Below are positions 37,625-47,988 of a DNA stretch of 64,000 bases, piece by piece. Position numbers and translations under genes: made by a program. Source of the stretch: a virus. The notes under the pieces are model-generated. The model was not told the origin of the DNA. It was given only the letters and a program-made list of their open reading frames with translations, and searched no databases. Positions within the stretch are counted from its first letter, which is position 1, and every line of letters starts with the position of its first letter. The DNA lies in the IMG/VR virus record IMGVR_UViG_3300023184_004954, positions 3,092 through 67,091 of that record, one strand, 5' to 3'.

Positions 37625-38358
37625 TCTTCGTATTTTTTTAGTATTTTTGTTATAATTGCGTTTCTCACAATATCATCATCACCAAACTCAAATACACCAA
37701 TATCAGATATGTCTGAACATTTTTGTATAGCATCATAAAGACCTGTTTGTTTTTTATCTTTAAATCTATCATTTTGTTCCAAATCACCTGAAATAAAGAA
37801 TTTAGACTTATACCCAATTCTTGTTAATAATAACTTCATTTGATTTGGTGTTGAGTTTTGAGCTTCCTCAAATATAAGAATTGAATTGTCAATATTCATA
37901 CCCCTCATAAATGCCAAAGCAAAAACCTCAATTGCTTCAATTTCTTTTAACTTCTCTCTTGCATCCTTACCAATAATTTTATTTAAAAGATAATAGGATG
38001 GAAAAATATAAGGGTCAAGTTTTTCTTCAACATTACCTGGTAAACTACCTAATTTTTCTTCCGCTTCAACCGCTGGTCTGACAATAATAATCTTCTCATA
38101 AGGTGTTTCTGGGTCAGATAATAAATCAATTGCAGCTTTCATTGCAATATAACTTTTACCGACACCAGCGGGTCCTGAACATATTGTAATTTGATTTGAC
38201 ATCAACTTATCATAATATATTCTTTGACTTTCTGATAAAAATTTTTCTTTAGTTTTTTTTTTGATTATTGAACAAATATGAGATTTTTTATTTTTAGGTA
38301 AAATCTGTTCTGTTTGTATTTGTGGTGATGGCTTTTTTCTAGTTCTTTTTTCTGTCAT
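37621..38358 (-). CDS. phoH: PhoH-family ATPase
   Basis: GPAGVGKS, RPAVE, LGSLPG, AFMRG, EEAQN and GDLEQ motifs. Confidence 0.95.
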   Translation of the reverse strand: MTEKRTRKKPSPQIQTEQILPKNKKSHICSIIKKKTKEKFLSESQRIYYDKLMSNQITICSGPAGVGKSYIAMKAAIDLLSDPETPYEKIIIVRPAVEAEEKLGSLPGNVEEKLDPYIFPSYYLLNKIIGKDAREKLKEIEAIEVFALAFMRGMNIDNSILIFEEAQNSTPNQMKLLLTRIGYKSKFFISGDLEQNDRFKDKKQTGLYDAIQKCSDISDIGVFEFGDDDIVRNAIITKILKKYEE

Positions 38359-39260
38359 TATTTTCTTATTGTTTTATAATTTTTTATGAAATAATCAATA
38401 GTTTCTTCTAAACCATTTTCAATTTTAGTAAACTTAAAATCACCGATAATAGATTTAAGTTTTGAATTATTTGAAGGTTTTCTATACTGTCCTGACGGTT
38501 TTGTTGTGTCCCAAATAATATTTTTTTTATATCCCATAATTTTTGCAATCATATTTGCCAATTCTTTAATTGAAATTTCAATAGATGTGGATAAAATTAT
38601 AGGTTCTGTCCCTTCGTACTCGTTAATTAAAATGTCACAAATTTTTGCAATATCTTTTGAATAAATAAATTCTCTTAGCGGTTTTCCATCTCCCCATAAT
38701 ACCAAATCTTTATTTTCAAGGATGGCATTATAACATTTATGTATCATAGCTGGTAAAACGTGACTATTTTCAAGATTGTAATTATCTTTTTGACCATAAA
38801 CATTTGTTGGAATTACACAGAAGTAATTTGTTTCATATTGTTCATTATATGATTTTGTTTGAATGTCAACCATTCTTTTAGCATAGGCATATGCATCGTT
38901 AGATTCGTGAGGAGGACCTAAATGTATTTTTTCTTCAGTAAGAGGATAATCAACTTTGTCAGGAAAAACACAAGTAGATAAAAAAGATAATACTCGTTTC
39001 ACATTATTTTGTTTAGCATAATGTATTATGTTAGTGTTTATCATTATATTTTCATAATAAAAATCCGCTTTGTAGTTCATATTAGCCCCAACACCACCAA
39101 CTTTACCCGCAGTATGAATTACATAATCCGGCTTGTGTAATTTAAACATTTTGTCAACTTCAAGTGGATTAATTAAATTAAAATCTTTTCTCGTTATTTT
39201 AATACCTGTTTCAAATTCAGAACCTATTAATCCAATACCACCAGTAATTAATTTAGTCAT
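38358..39260 (-). CDS. fcl: GDP-L-fucose synthase
   Basis: AGKVGGVGAN, STCVFP, YAYAKR, PTNVYG, SHVLPA and WGDGKPLREFIY motifs. Confidence 0.93.
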   Translation of the reverse strand: MTKLITGGIGLIGSEFETGIKITRKDFNLINPLEVDKMFKLHKPDYVIHTAGKVGGVGANMNYKADFYYENIMINTNIIHYAKQNNVKRVLSFLSTCVFPDKVDYPLTEEKIHLGPPHESNDAYAYAKRMVDIQTKSYNEQYETNYFCVIPTNVYGQKDNYNLENSHVLPAMIHKCYNAILENKDLVLWGDGKPLREFIYSKDIAKICDILINEYEGTEPIILSTSIEISIKELANMIAKIMGYKKNIIWDTTKPSGQYRKPSNNSKLKSIIGDFKFTKIENGLEETIDYFIKNYKTIRK

Positions 39261-40274
39261 TTAAAATTTTTTTTCAATTATCATTTTATTTATTCTTATT
39301 TGTTCATCCCAATGATTTATCATTTCATCCATTAACATTTCAAAATTATATTCTGGCTCCCATCCTAAAATTTTTCTGGCTCTTGTTGAGTCTCCTTTTA
39401 AATATTTTAGTTCTTCCGGTCTCATAAATTTTTCATCTTGAATGACATATTTTTTATAATCCATATCTAATTTAGTAAAAACATATTCAATCATTTCTCT
39501 AACTGAATGTGTTTTCATCGTTGAAATAACAAAATCATCTGGTATATTTTGATTAATCATTAAATGCATTGCTTTTACATAATCTTTGGCGTGACCCCAA
39601 TCTCTATATGAATCCATATTACCAACAATTAATTTATCATTTAATCCGTATTTTATTTCTACTGCAGTTTTTATAACTTTATTTGTCACAAAGTTAGACC
39701 CTCTTCTTGGAGACTCATGATTAAAAAGAATTCCATTAACGGCATGTAATTTATATGCTCTGCGATAGTTTTTAACTAAAGAATATGATAATAACTTTGA
39801 ACATCCATATGGGGAAACAGGATTCATAGGAGTAGTTTCTCTTTGAAATCCATCATCATCAACTGAGTTACCAAACATTTCTGAAGATGATGCTTGATAA
39901 AATCTCGCGTTCGGACAACTTCTTCTATATGATTCTAACATATTTAAAACACCCATAGAATTAGTTTTTAATGTAAATTCTGGAATATCAAAACTAATTC
40001 TTACGTGGCTTTGAGCCGCTAAATTATAAATCTCATCTGGTTGGATTTCATCTAGTAATTTTTGTAATCCACCTTGGTCTAATAAATCACCATAATAAAC
40101 CGTAAATTTATCTGTAAATGTGTCTTTAATTTTATCAATTCTTGTCTGTTGATGTTCTGGTGTTGAATTTCTTCTCACAATACCATGTACTTCATATCCT
40201 AAAGATAATAAGTGTTCTGTCAAATAAGAACCATCTTGACCGTTTATTCCTGTTATAAATGCTTTTTTATTCAT
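39261..40274 (-). CDS. gmd: GDP-mannose 4,6-dehydratase
   Basis: ITGINGQDGSYL, YNLAAQSHV, YQASSSEMFG and LFNHESPRRG motifs. Confidence 0.96.
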   Translation of the reverse strand: MNKKAFITGINGQDGSYLTEHLLSLGYEVHGIVRRNSTPEHQQTRIDKIKDTFTDKFTVYYGDLLDQGGLQKLLDEIQPDEIYNLAAQSHVRISFDIPEFTLKTNSMGVLNMLESYRRSCPNARFYQASSSEMFGNSVDDDGFQRETTPMNPVSPYGCSKLLSYSLVKNYRRAYKLHAVNGILFNHESPRRGSNFVTNKVIKTAVEIKYGLNDKLIVGNMDSYRDWGHAKDYVKAMHLMINQNIPDDFVISTMKTHSVREMIEYVFTKLDMDYKKYVIQDEKFMRPEELKYLKGDSTRARKILGWEPEYNFEMLMDEMINHWDEQIRINKMIIEKKF

Positions 40275-40278
40275 ATTA

Positions 40279-40878
40279 TTATACGTTAAAAATTTTCATT
40301 TTTGTTAAATCCGGCCAATCAGTAACAACCCATTGTTTTGGTTTAGACTCAATTGCATTTTTTAATTTATTTAATCCTAATTCTGCGGTTTCTGGTGTCA
40401 TATAATAATGATATCCAATTGTGTCTATATTTTGGTTTCTCCACGGAATATTAGGAAGTCTGCCGTCATAAGACATTTTTTTTAATTCATCTGCCGCCAC
40501 TTTATCATCTGTTAGTATAATACCACCTCTACCTAATGATAGATGTTTTTGATATTGAAAACTTATACACATAAAAGTATTTGGGATATACGAATTATGT
40601 TTCCATAATACTGCGGCATCTATTATCCTTTTATTTTCGTAATTTAATGTGTAATAATCTTCCCATTCTTCATCTCTCCAAACCCTCTCAATTCCTAATT
40701 TTTCCGCTAAAAATGGTACTGATAGGTATGTTCTTTTTGGTACATTTATTTTTGTTTCTTTTGTATATCTTAAACACAATTCTATTCCATGTGTACAACT
40801 ATCAACCGCAATAGCGTATGGTGAGCCAAAAAATTCCGATATTTTATTTTCAAAAGTTGAAACTATTTCAAAATTCAT
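40279..40878 (-). CDS. Compact DegT/DnrJ/EryC1-family PLP sugar aminotransferase
   Basis: FE...YAIAVDSCTHG, IIDAA and SFQYQKHLSLGRGG (PLP Lys) motifs; only 199 aa. Confidence 0.8.
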   Translation of the reverse strand: MNFEIVSTFENKISEFFGSPYAIAVDSCTHGIELCLRYTKETKINVPKRTYLSVPFLAEKLGIERVWRDEEWEDYYTLNYENKRIIDAAVLWKHNSYIPNTFMCISFQYQKHLSLGRGGIILTDDKVAADELKKMSYDGRLPNIPWRNQNIDTIGYHYYMTPETAELGLNKLKNAIESKPKQWVVTDWPDLTKMKIFNV

Positions 40879-41777
40879 TTTTTATTATTTAAGTAAGTTT
40901 TTATGTTGTCATTATCATTACACCATTTAAGTGCGTATTGACCCTCAAATGGTCTTGAAAACATTGGGTGGTAATGTTTAAAACACCCCTCAAAAAAATA
41001 ATGATTAGCTTGAGTTAATCTAGTTTTATTAAAATCTGTAACACCTTCAACGTTACAACCTCCATGCAACATATTTGCCGCCCATATTAATGCTTGACCC
41101 TTTTTCAAATTTACATTTTTTTCAGATGCATTTTTACTTTTTATTAATTCAATTAAAAAATCTTCATATATTTTATAGTTATGTGCCTCCCCATCTTCAA
41201 TAGTGTCTGGGTGAGGTAAATTAAGATTATGATATTCATAAACCGGCCATTTATGACTACCTGGAACTATTTTTAGAGTACCATTAGTTTCATTAACATC
41301 TTCAAACGCTATCCATACACCAACCATCCAAAGATGTGGTATTGTGTGAAAATGTATTGTATCACTATGAAGTGGTTGATTACTACCTTTAATAAAATTA
41401 ATAGTTGAAAATGGAAATGGCGTTTTTCCATATAGATAGCTAAGAGTATTAATGATATTGGGATGAATTGTTAAATTAGCAATTGAGTCACTTTTCCTCC
41501 AATGTTCAAAAATTCTTTTGCTTTCAGTGTATTGAAAATGGTCGGCATGATATGTTGTATTTTCATTGTTTAATGCGTTGTACACGTCATTTACCACTGG
41601 TAAAATTTCATCATCTGTTAATTCTAAATCAATAATAAGATAACCATTTTCATTAAAAAATTTACATTCTTCTTTTTGTTTATCAGTTAAATTTGATTTA
41701 TCTAATAATTCGTTAAAAAATGGCGATTCAATCCACGGAATATCTAATGAGTCATTTGATGGTATAAAATTATTCAT
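40875..41777 (-). CDS. Phytanoyl-CoA dioxygenase-family Fe(II)/2OG oxygenase
   Basis: QPLHSD (HxD), VWIAFED...NGTL..VPGSH and LHGG motifs. Confidence 0.88.
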   Translation of the reverse strand: MNNFIPSNDSLDIPWIESPFFNELLDKSNLTDKQKEECKFFNENGYLIIDLELTDDEILPVVNDVYNALNNENTTYHADHFQYTESKRIFEHWRKSDSIANLTIHPNIINTLSYLYGKTPFPFSTINFIKGSNQPLHSDTIHFHTIPHLWMVGVWIAFEDVNETNGTLKIVPGSHKWPVYEYHNLNLPHPDTIEDGEAHNYKIYEDFLIELIKSKNASEKNVNLKKGQALIWAANMLHGGCNVEGVTDFNKTRLTQANHYFFEGCFKHYHPMFSRPFEGQYALKWCNDNDNIKTYLNNKK

Positions 41778-42309
41778 AGTTCATAAGTTTTTTAGCACTT
41801 TCTAATATTCGTTTTGAATCTCTCTTTTTAATTGGTTTTGCTGGTGAGCCAGCATAAACTGTCCAGGGCTCCGTGTCTTTAGTCACTACAGACCCAGCGC
41901 CAACTATAGACCCTTCACCTAATGTAATACCTGGTAAAACAGTACAATTAACACCTAAAGTTGCATATCTTTTAAAAATCACCGGTTTATTAATAACTGT
42001 TCTATGTTCTATTGGAACAACAGGTGATATTAAACCTTGCATAAAGTCATCAGTGGCACATATGATTCTACTTCCCGAACCAATATTGGTAAAATCTTCC
42101 ATAACAATTAATGCGGGTGCTCCACCTATAATTGAAACACTTGGAGCAATATGAATATAATCCCCCAATATTGCTTGGGTTGATATATATGTCCACATAT
42201 CAATTGCGACGTGATTACCAATTTCAACTAATTCAGGTCTTGATATTATTGCCAATTCGTTGACCCTAACATCTTCACCAATTTTTTTAAATAATTTATT
42301 ATTTTCCAT
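41770..42309 (-). CDS. Hexapeptide-repeat O/N-acyltransferase
   Basis: VLPGITLGEGSIVGAGSVVTKD...YAGSPAKPIK. Confidence 0.9.
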   Translation of the reverse strand: MENNKLFKKIGEDVRVNELAIISRPELVEIGNHVAIDMWTYISTQAILGDYIHIAPSVSIIGGAPALIVMEDFTNIGSGSRIICATDDFMQGLISPVVPIEHRTVINKPVIFKRYATLGVNCTVLPGITLGEGSIVGAGSVVTKDTEPWTVYAGSPAKPIKKRDSKRILESAKKLMNYE

Positions 42310-42310
42310 A

Positions 42311-43255
42311 TTAATTTTCATAATTTATTAAAATAGTACCCCAAGTCCATCCTGAACCAATCGCGGTAAGTAATATTTTGTCTCCTTTAACAATTTCATT
42401 ATTTGTTAGTGCTTCGTGTAATGCAATTGGAATAGACGCTCCTGCAATATTACCATACCTATCCATAACCGTTTTTACTTTAGTAATTGGTAGACCAATA
42501 TCATTGGCAATTATTTTTAATATGTTAATACTTGGTTGATGTGGTACTAACATACTAATTTCATCTATACTTGTATTTGTATTTAATAAAACCTGATTAA
42601 TTGAATCTGGTAATACCGATACCGCTTGTTGCCAAACTTCTTTCGCATTCATAATAAAAGGCCCATTTAATGGTTGTTTGAATCCTGTCATTCCAGTTCC
42701 CGAACCATTTGCCTGTAATTCACTATAAATCCAACCCTTTTCTGATTTTTCTAATATAACTGCACCAGCACCATCGCCAAAAAAAACGGAATGTCTATCA
42801 TCCCAATTAGTATTTTTAGAATATGATTCAGTTGCAATTAATAATATTCTATTACAAGTACCACTATCAATCATTGAAGCAGCAACTGTTAGACCATAGA
42901 TAAAACCTGAACATACGGCATTTATATCAAATGATGGTATATTTTTTTGTAGTTTTAATTTTTCATTAATTGTACAAGCAATTGATGGTGATATTTTTTC
43001 AGGACTTGATGTTGCAACAATTATCATATCAATATCTTCTTTATCAATATTAGCGTTTGATATTGCTGAAATGGCTACTTTATACCCCATTTCAGATACA
43101 CTTTCGTTATCGGTAATTCTTCTTTCTTTAATTCCTAATTTTTTGTAAATCCATTCATCTGAAGTATCAATTTTTTCTGCAATGTCAAAATTAGTCATAA
43201 CCTTAGGGGGTAAATAAGAACTACTACTTTTAATTGATACTTTATATTTTTTCAT
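42311..43255 (-). CDS. fabH: FabH-like 3-oxoacyl-ACP synthase III
   Basis: DTSDEWI..KLGIKERR, DINAVCSGF (Cys), FGDGAGA, PHQP (His) and YGNIAGASIP (Asn); ATG at 43255. Confidence 0.88.
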   Translation of the reverse strand: MKKYKVSIKSSSSYLPPKVMTNFDIAEKIDTSDEWIYKKLGIKERRITDNESVSEMGYKVAISAISNANIDKEDIDMIIVATSSPEKISPSIACTINEKLKLQKNIPSFDINAVCSGFIYGLTVAASMIDSGTCNRILLIATESYSKNTNWDDRHSVFFGDGAGAVILEKSEKGWIYSELQANGSGTGMTGFKQPLNGPFIMNAKEVWQQAVSVLPDSINQVLLNTNTSIDEISMLVPHQPSINILKIIANDIGLPITKVKTVMDRYGNIAGASIPIALHEALTNNEIVKGDKILLTAIGSGWTWGTILINYEN

Positions 43256-43265
43256 ACATAAAATT

Positions 43266-43892
43266 TTATTTCTCCCACGACTCCCAAACAAAGGGGTAAT
43301 CAAATTTATTTTTAAATCCTTTAGATATTAAGTTTTTTTGGATATTATCTCTCCTTTCTATATCATTTTTAATACCTAAATGAAACTGTATTTGTATATT
43401 TTTAAATTTATTAACAATGTCACTTTCAATCATATATTCCATTAATCCATATTCATCCCCTTCAATGTTAATTTGAAGTAAATCCACTTGATTAATATAA
43501 TTGTCTGAGAGTATTTTGTCAATAGGTAAGGTTTTAATTTCAATTACTGACTTAACATTTATATTAAAATTTGTTGATGACCCATCACTTGATACATATA
43601 AAGTTTTGGTTGATTCATTTTTATCTGTTGATACACCAACATTCATTACCTTTATTTTTTCATAATTCTTATATTTTGTAACTAACTCATTATAAAATTC
43701 GGGAACTGGCTCAACTAATATTATATTAGGAATATATGGATTATTTTTTTTCAAAATTTCATCAATCCATAATCCATAATATCCACCTAAATCAATAACG
43801 ACTGAGTTGTTATTTAATTCATAATTTATATTATGTGTATAATCTCCATTATCTGCAAACCATCTACGTAAACTTGTAACATCTTGTCTCAT
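43266..43892 (-). CDS. FkbM-family SAM methyltransferase
   Basis: VIDLGGYYG, VEPV, VDLLQINIEGDEY and IQIQFH motifs. Confidence 0.85.
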   Translation of the reverse strand: MRQDVTSLRRWFADNGDYTHNINYELNNNSVVIDLGGYYGLWIDEILKKNNPYIPNIILVEPVPEFYNELVTKYKNYEKIKVMNVGVSTDKNESTKTLYVSSDGSSTNFNINVKSVIEIKTLPIDKILSDNYINQVDLLQINIEGDEYGLMEYMIESDIVNKFKNIQIQFHLGIKNDIERRDNIQKNLISKGFKNKFDYPFVWESWEK

Positions 43893-44302
43893 AAAATAAA
43901 AGTTTTATCAAATTCTTGTCCTTCATAAGGACCTGTTTTATATTCATATACTAATGTATTATCTTCTAAAATTTCATAATTATGTCCACCTTCTAAAGTA
44001 AACGAAGCATCACCAACATTTAAAATTTCAGTAGTTAAATTAGAATCATCAATATCGTAAAAAATACATTTAACACTACCTTGTATTACGACCCAACTTT
44101 CCTGAGCGATTACATTTAGTGTTCTTTCTTTCCAAATATGTTTATGTGGTTTAAAAGTTGTTCCTTTTGTTAAATTTAATCTTGAACACTGAATAAAATT
44201 TTCTTCAGTTACAATATTTTCCCTTCCTATAGTTATTTCATCTTTTCTAACTATTATGTGTAATAGTTTAGTTTCGTCAATTTTTGAGTATATCTTTTTC
44301 AT
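43889..44302 (-). CDS. Cupin-fold protein (WbuC-like sugar-modifying enzyme)
   Basis: PHKH...QESW.V..G...GGHNY...EYKTGPY. Confidence 0.75.
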   Translation of the reverse strand: MKKIYSKIDETKLLHIIVRKDEITIGRENIVTEENFIQCSRLNLTKGTTFKPHKHIWKERTLNVIAQESWVVIQGSVKCIFYDIDDSNLTTEILNVGDASFTLEGGHNYEILEDNTLVYEYKTGPYEGQEFDKTFIL

Positions 44303-44305
44303 TTT

Positions 44306-45115
44306 TTAAAGTTTAATCCAATTATATGGTAATATGTCAGAAGAATTTAAATGTGCTGATGGTCCAAACCAATTAATAGGCCCTATTATTTTTTTATCTT
44401 TGTTTTCGTTTAAATAAGCACCCCACCAGCCAAAAGTGCTGTTACATATTATATTGTGTTCACACATACTCATTGAGTATAATTCTAAATAATCTTCTCC
44501 CAAACTAACAAATTGTTTATTTGGTAAAAAATCAAACATACTTTTAACACCATTTAAATCATCGCTAAATATTAAATAATTTTTATCAATTCCAAGTAAA
44601 TTAATCGCAGACGTGTAATACTCAATAGATTGTTGTGGATGATAATTAGAGTTTGCCAAATAATCTCCTCTTCTAATATGAATTGAAATTGAATTTTGAA
44701 TATTTGGTAACTTTTCTAAAATAATTTGTTTAATATTTTCAGTTGGTTTAAACAGATTAATAATGTAATCTTTATTATTTAAAAAATATTTTTCGCTTTG
44801 AAAGTATCCCTCAAGTAATAAGTTTTCATCTCTGTTATATTTTATTTCTTCGTAATTAAATGTTATAGGTTCTTTATGTATTCTATATGATAATGGTAAC
44901 TTCTCAATAAAATCAATATTGCGTAATAAATTATCACTATAAACACTATAATCAGGGTCAAATCCTGGCTTTGGGCACTCGGTACTAATTGGTCTTAAAA
45001 ATTCGTTTGAAAAAATATATTCAACGTCATTATCTAAGGCCAAACTAATAGACGCAGATAATTTAAATAAAACATTACATATACCCCCTTGATGATTTGT
45101 TGATATAAAATTCAT
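44306..45115 (-). CDS. Alpha-1,2-fucosyltransferase (GT11)
   Basis: GYFQSEKYF, SIHIRRGDY, FSDD and IICNSTFGWWGAYL motifs. Confidence 0.92.
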   Translation of the reverse strand: MNFISTNHQGGICNVLFKLSASISLALDNDVEYIFSNEFLRPISTECPKPGFDPDYSVYSDNLLRNIDFIEKLPLSYRIHKEPITFNYEEIKYNRDENLLLEGYFQSEKYFLNNKDYIINLFKPTENIKQIILEKLPNIQNSISIHIRRGDYLANSNYHPQQSIEYYTSAINLLGIDKNYLIFSDDLNGVKSMFDFLPNKQFVSLGEDYLELYSMSMCEHNIICNSTFGWWGAYLNENKDKKIIGPINWFGPSAHLNSSDILPYNWIKL

Positions 45116-45178
45116 AAAAAAAATTTAATTGACTCAAAACCGATTAACTTATTTAAACCCGTTATTGATGATATTTTA

Positions 45179-45901
45179 TTATTTTTCAAAAAATGTTAAT
45201 ACATTGGTTTTATCTATTTCCAAATCTTCAAATAAAACTTTGTAATTATGTTTATTTATATTTTTTAAAAATTTTTCTTTACCAATCCAATACCATCTAC
45301 CTTCAATAATTTCGCCGTCACTATCTTCAATTGATAATTTAAAAATTTCTTCGTTATTTGTTATATTTTCTGTTTTTTCTTTTGGTAAATACGCTTTGAT
45401 AAACCATAAATTTTTTGGTTCACTATTATAATATTTTTCGGGGTCACAATACATTATTATTAATTTAGCACCTGGTTTACACTTTTTATATAAACTTTCT
45501 AAATATAATTCCTGACTTGAAGACGATATGTGACACCAAACATCATAACTAAATACAAAATCCAAACTTTCATCAGGTATTTCGTTTAATGAAAAATCTT
45601 TAACTTGGTAGTATTCTAATTTTTCTTTTTTCTCTTCCCCAACAAAGGACCAAAAATTATTATGTTTTTCAGATAAAACATCAATACATTGTAATTTTTT
45701 TGGATTCAGATTCTCATAAATAAATTTACTCCATCTACCACGTCCACAACCTATTTCAAGAATTGTTAAATTATTTTCAATATTACTTATTAAGTAATTT
45801 TCAAGACCAGGTTGATTTCTTAGTGGACTATTTTCTCCAAAGTACCCTCCGTGCCAAATATTTTGAAATGATTCTATTTCTTGTTTAAATTTTTCTTTCA
45901 T
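45179..45901 (-). CDS. Class I SAM-dependent methyltransferase
   Basis: ILEIGCGRGRW and DFVFSYDVWCH motifs. Confidence 0.85.
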   Translation of the reverse strand: MKEKFKQEIESFQNIWHGGYFGENSPLRNQPGLENYLISNIENNLTILEIGCGRGRWSKFIYENLNPKKLQCIDVLSEKHNNFWSFVGEEKKEKLEYYQVKDFSLNEIPDESLDFVFSYDVWCHISSSSQELYLESLYKKCKPGAKLIIMYCDPEKYYNSEPKNLWFIKAYLPKEKTENITNNEEIFKLSIEDSDGEIIEGRWYWIGKEKFLKNINKHNYKVLFEDLEIDKTNVLTFFEK

Positions 45902-45906
45902 AGTTT

Positions 45907-46746
45907 TTATTTATTATATAAATTTATTAAAAAATTACATCTTTTTTCATATGTGTGTTGTCTTGATAATTCTAATCCTGATAACCCAATAGATTTTCTT
46001 AATTCATCATCACGTAATAATTGATTTATCTTATAAATCATTTCATCAGTATCTTTATATAACATTACATTTATACCATCAATAAATCCTAATTCTTCGT
46101 ATTGATAATTATAGTTTGTAACTAATGGTATCCCACATCCAATTGTTTCAAAATTTCTATAATTAATATCATTTGATAAATTACGATTCCAATGTACTTT
46201 ATATGAATTTATTGCATTAACCATATCGTCACCAATAATAAAATTATCGTAAATAAAATTAAATTTATTAGATAATAAATTTATAAATTGATTTCTATTT
46301 AGTGGATTTCCACAAAACCCAATATCACATTTTTTATCAATTTTTCTCGGTGATATTAAAGTATCATCAAATGCGTTTGGAAACCATACCTTATAACTTT
46401 CATTAACATAATCTTTAGTTGAATGTAATAAAAAATCATACTTACCCCGAATAAACTCTTGTAAATATACATTTTCTCCTCTTACGTGTGCGTCAATACT
46501 CCATAAAAATTTTTTTGACTTTACATTAGATAAGTTAGGTATCCACCCCTTATCGTCATAATTTTCTAAATTTATAATTAGATTATAAGAATCATAATCT
46601 AATTCTTCTTTAAAATTAGTATGTCCTAACCCCCAAACATCACATTCTTGGTTTAAATTAATGAACCCTCTTTGTAAACAAAAACATTCTCTGAAGGTTT
46701 TATTTTTTTCATGTCTCCCATTTTCTTGTATTAAAAGTATTTTCAT
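45907..46746 (-). CDS. Glycosyltransferase (CgeB / Glyco_trans_1_2-like)
   Basis: DIGFCG, NYRNFETIGCG and HTYEKR motifs; ATG at 46746 overlaps the upstream stop. Confidence 0.8.
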   Translation of the reverse strand: MKILLIQENGRHEKNKTFRECFCLQRGFINLNQECDVWGLGHTNFKEELDYDSYNLIINLENYDDKGWIPNLSNVKSKKFLWSIDAHVRGENVYLQEFIRGKYDFLLHSTKDYVNESYKVWFPNAFDDTLISPRKIDKKCDIGFCGNPLNRNQFINLLSNKFNFIYDNFIIGDDMVNAINSYKVHWNRNLSNDINYRNFETIGCGIPLVTNYNYQYEELGFIDGINVMLYKDTDEMIYKINQLLRDDELRKSIGLSGLELSRQHTYEKRCNFLINLYNK

Positions 46747-47306
46747 TGTATTTTTTTTGCAAAAGATGTCCATCCCATAGAACCCCACTTATCAATAATA
46801 GCATATCCTTTATTTTCCAAAAAAGAATAAATATCTGATTGAGATAAATGTAAATTTTCAAAATAAATTTCGTCTATCTCTAGTTTATTAAAATCAATAC
46901 TTTTTATTATTAAATCATCAACCCCTTCAGTATCTATAAATAAAATATCAATTTTATGTAATTTATATTTATCTAATAAATCATTAACTGTAATTGATTC
47001 AACCTTTATTTCTTTTATACCTGATTTGTCATATCCATGTTTTAATATATGTTCAATCTTAATTGAAGCGACTTCGTATAGTGGTCCATCATTTTCATGA
47101 TAATAAAACGACATCTCTTTTTTTTCATCAAAGGAAATTGCAACATTTTCAATAAATAAATTATTAACCCATCCATAACATTCTAATATTTTTTCATTAT
47201 GTAATTTCATTGGCTCAACCAAAATTAATATCTCAGGCTGAGTTTTACCTAAAATTTTAGTTAAATCGTCATTACCGACACAAACACCTAATTGTATTAT
47301 TTTCAT
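46743..47306 (-). CDS. FkbM-family methyltransferase
   Basis: IIQLGVCVG, LVEP and IDILFIDTEGVD motifs. Confidence 0.8.
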   Translation of the reverse strand: MKIIQLGVCVGNDDLTKILGKTQPEILILVEPMKLHNEKILECYGWVNNLFIENVAISFDEKKEMSFYYHENDGPLYEVASIKIEHILKHGYDKSGIKEIKVESITVNDLLDKYKLHKIDILFIDTEGVDDLIIKSIDFNKLEIDEIYFENLHLSQSDIYSFLENKGYAIIDKWGSMGWTSFAKKIQ

Positions 47307-47331
47307 TAAAGTTTTTATTAAATTTTTTATT

Positions 47332-47988
47332 TTATCTTTCGGTACTAGTACCTAACCTATAAACATATAATCTGTCTTGTAATTGGTGAAATTTATATCC
47401 GTGTGATATTGCCCTTTGCCACAAGTCCCAATCTTCCCACCCTTTTTTATTTTGATACCCTCCGAGAAAATCAATACATTCTTTTCTTATAATCATTGAA
47501 CCGTGAGTCAACACGTTTTGATTAAGTATTGTTTTTTTTATGTCTTCGTGAGTGACAAAATGACCCTCACTAAAACAACTATTAAACATATTTGATTCAT
47601 TTAAACCTTGTATATTCCAAGATAAAGTACCTAAAAAATCAACTTCATTTTCATTTATAAATGACATTTGTTTTTCTAATTTTTCAGGAGTATATAAGTC
47701 GTCTGCATCCAAAAAACCAACCCATTCACTCTCAATTTTTTTTAAACCAAAATTTTTTGCAAATGATAAACCTTCTTTTTTTTCTTTTATTAAATAATCA
47801 ATATTTAATTTGTATTTTTTATTTTCAATTAATTTTTTAGTTTGTTCCCAACACTCGTCTAAAACAATTAATATGTTAAAATCTTTATAAGTTTGTTTTT
47901 CTAAAGAATCTATTGATTTAATTAATAATGAATCGTGTAAATCATTTTTACTATGTATACAAATTAAAATTGTTAATTTTTTTTTCAT
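47332..47988 (-). CDS. Glycosyltransferase family 2
   Basis: GLSFAKNFG, FLDADD and EDWDLW motifs. Confidence 0.9.
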   Translation of the reverse strand: MKKKLTILICIHSKNDLHDSLLIKSIDSLEKQTYKDFNILIVLDECWEQTKKLIENKKYKLNIDYLIKEKKEGLSFAKNFGLKKIESEWVGFLDADDLYTPEKLEKQMSFINENEVDFLGTLSWNIQGLNESNMFNSCFSEGHFVTHEDIKKTILNQNVLTHGSMIIRKECIDFLGGYQNKKGWEDWDLWQRAISHGYKFHQLQDRLYVYRLGTSTER

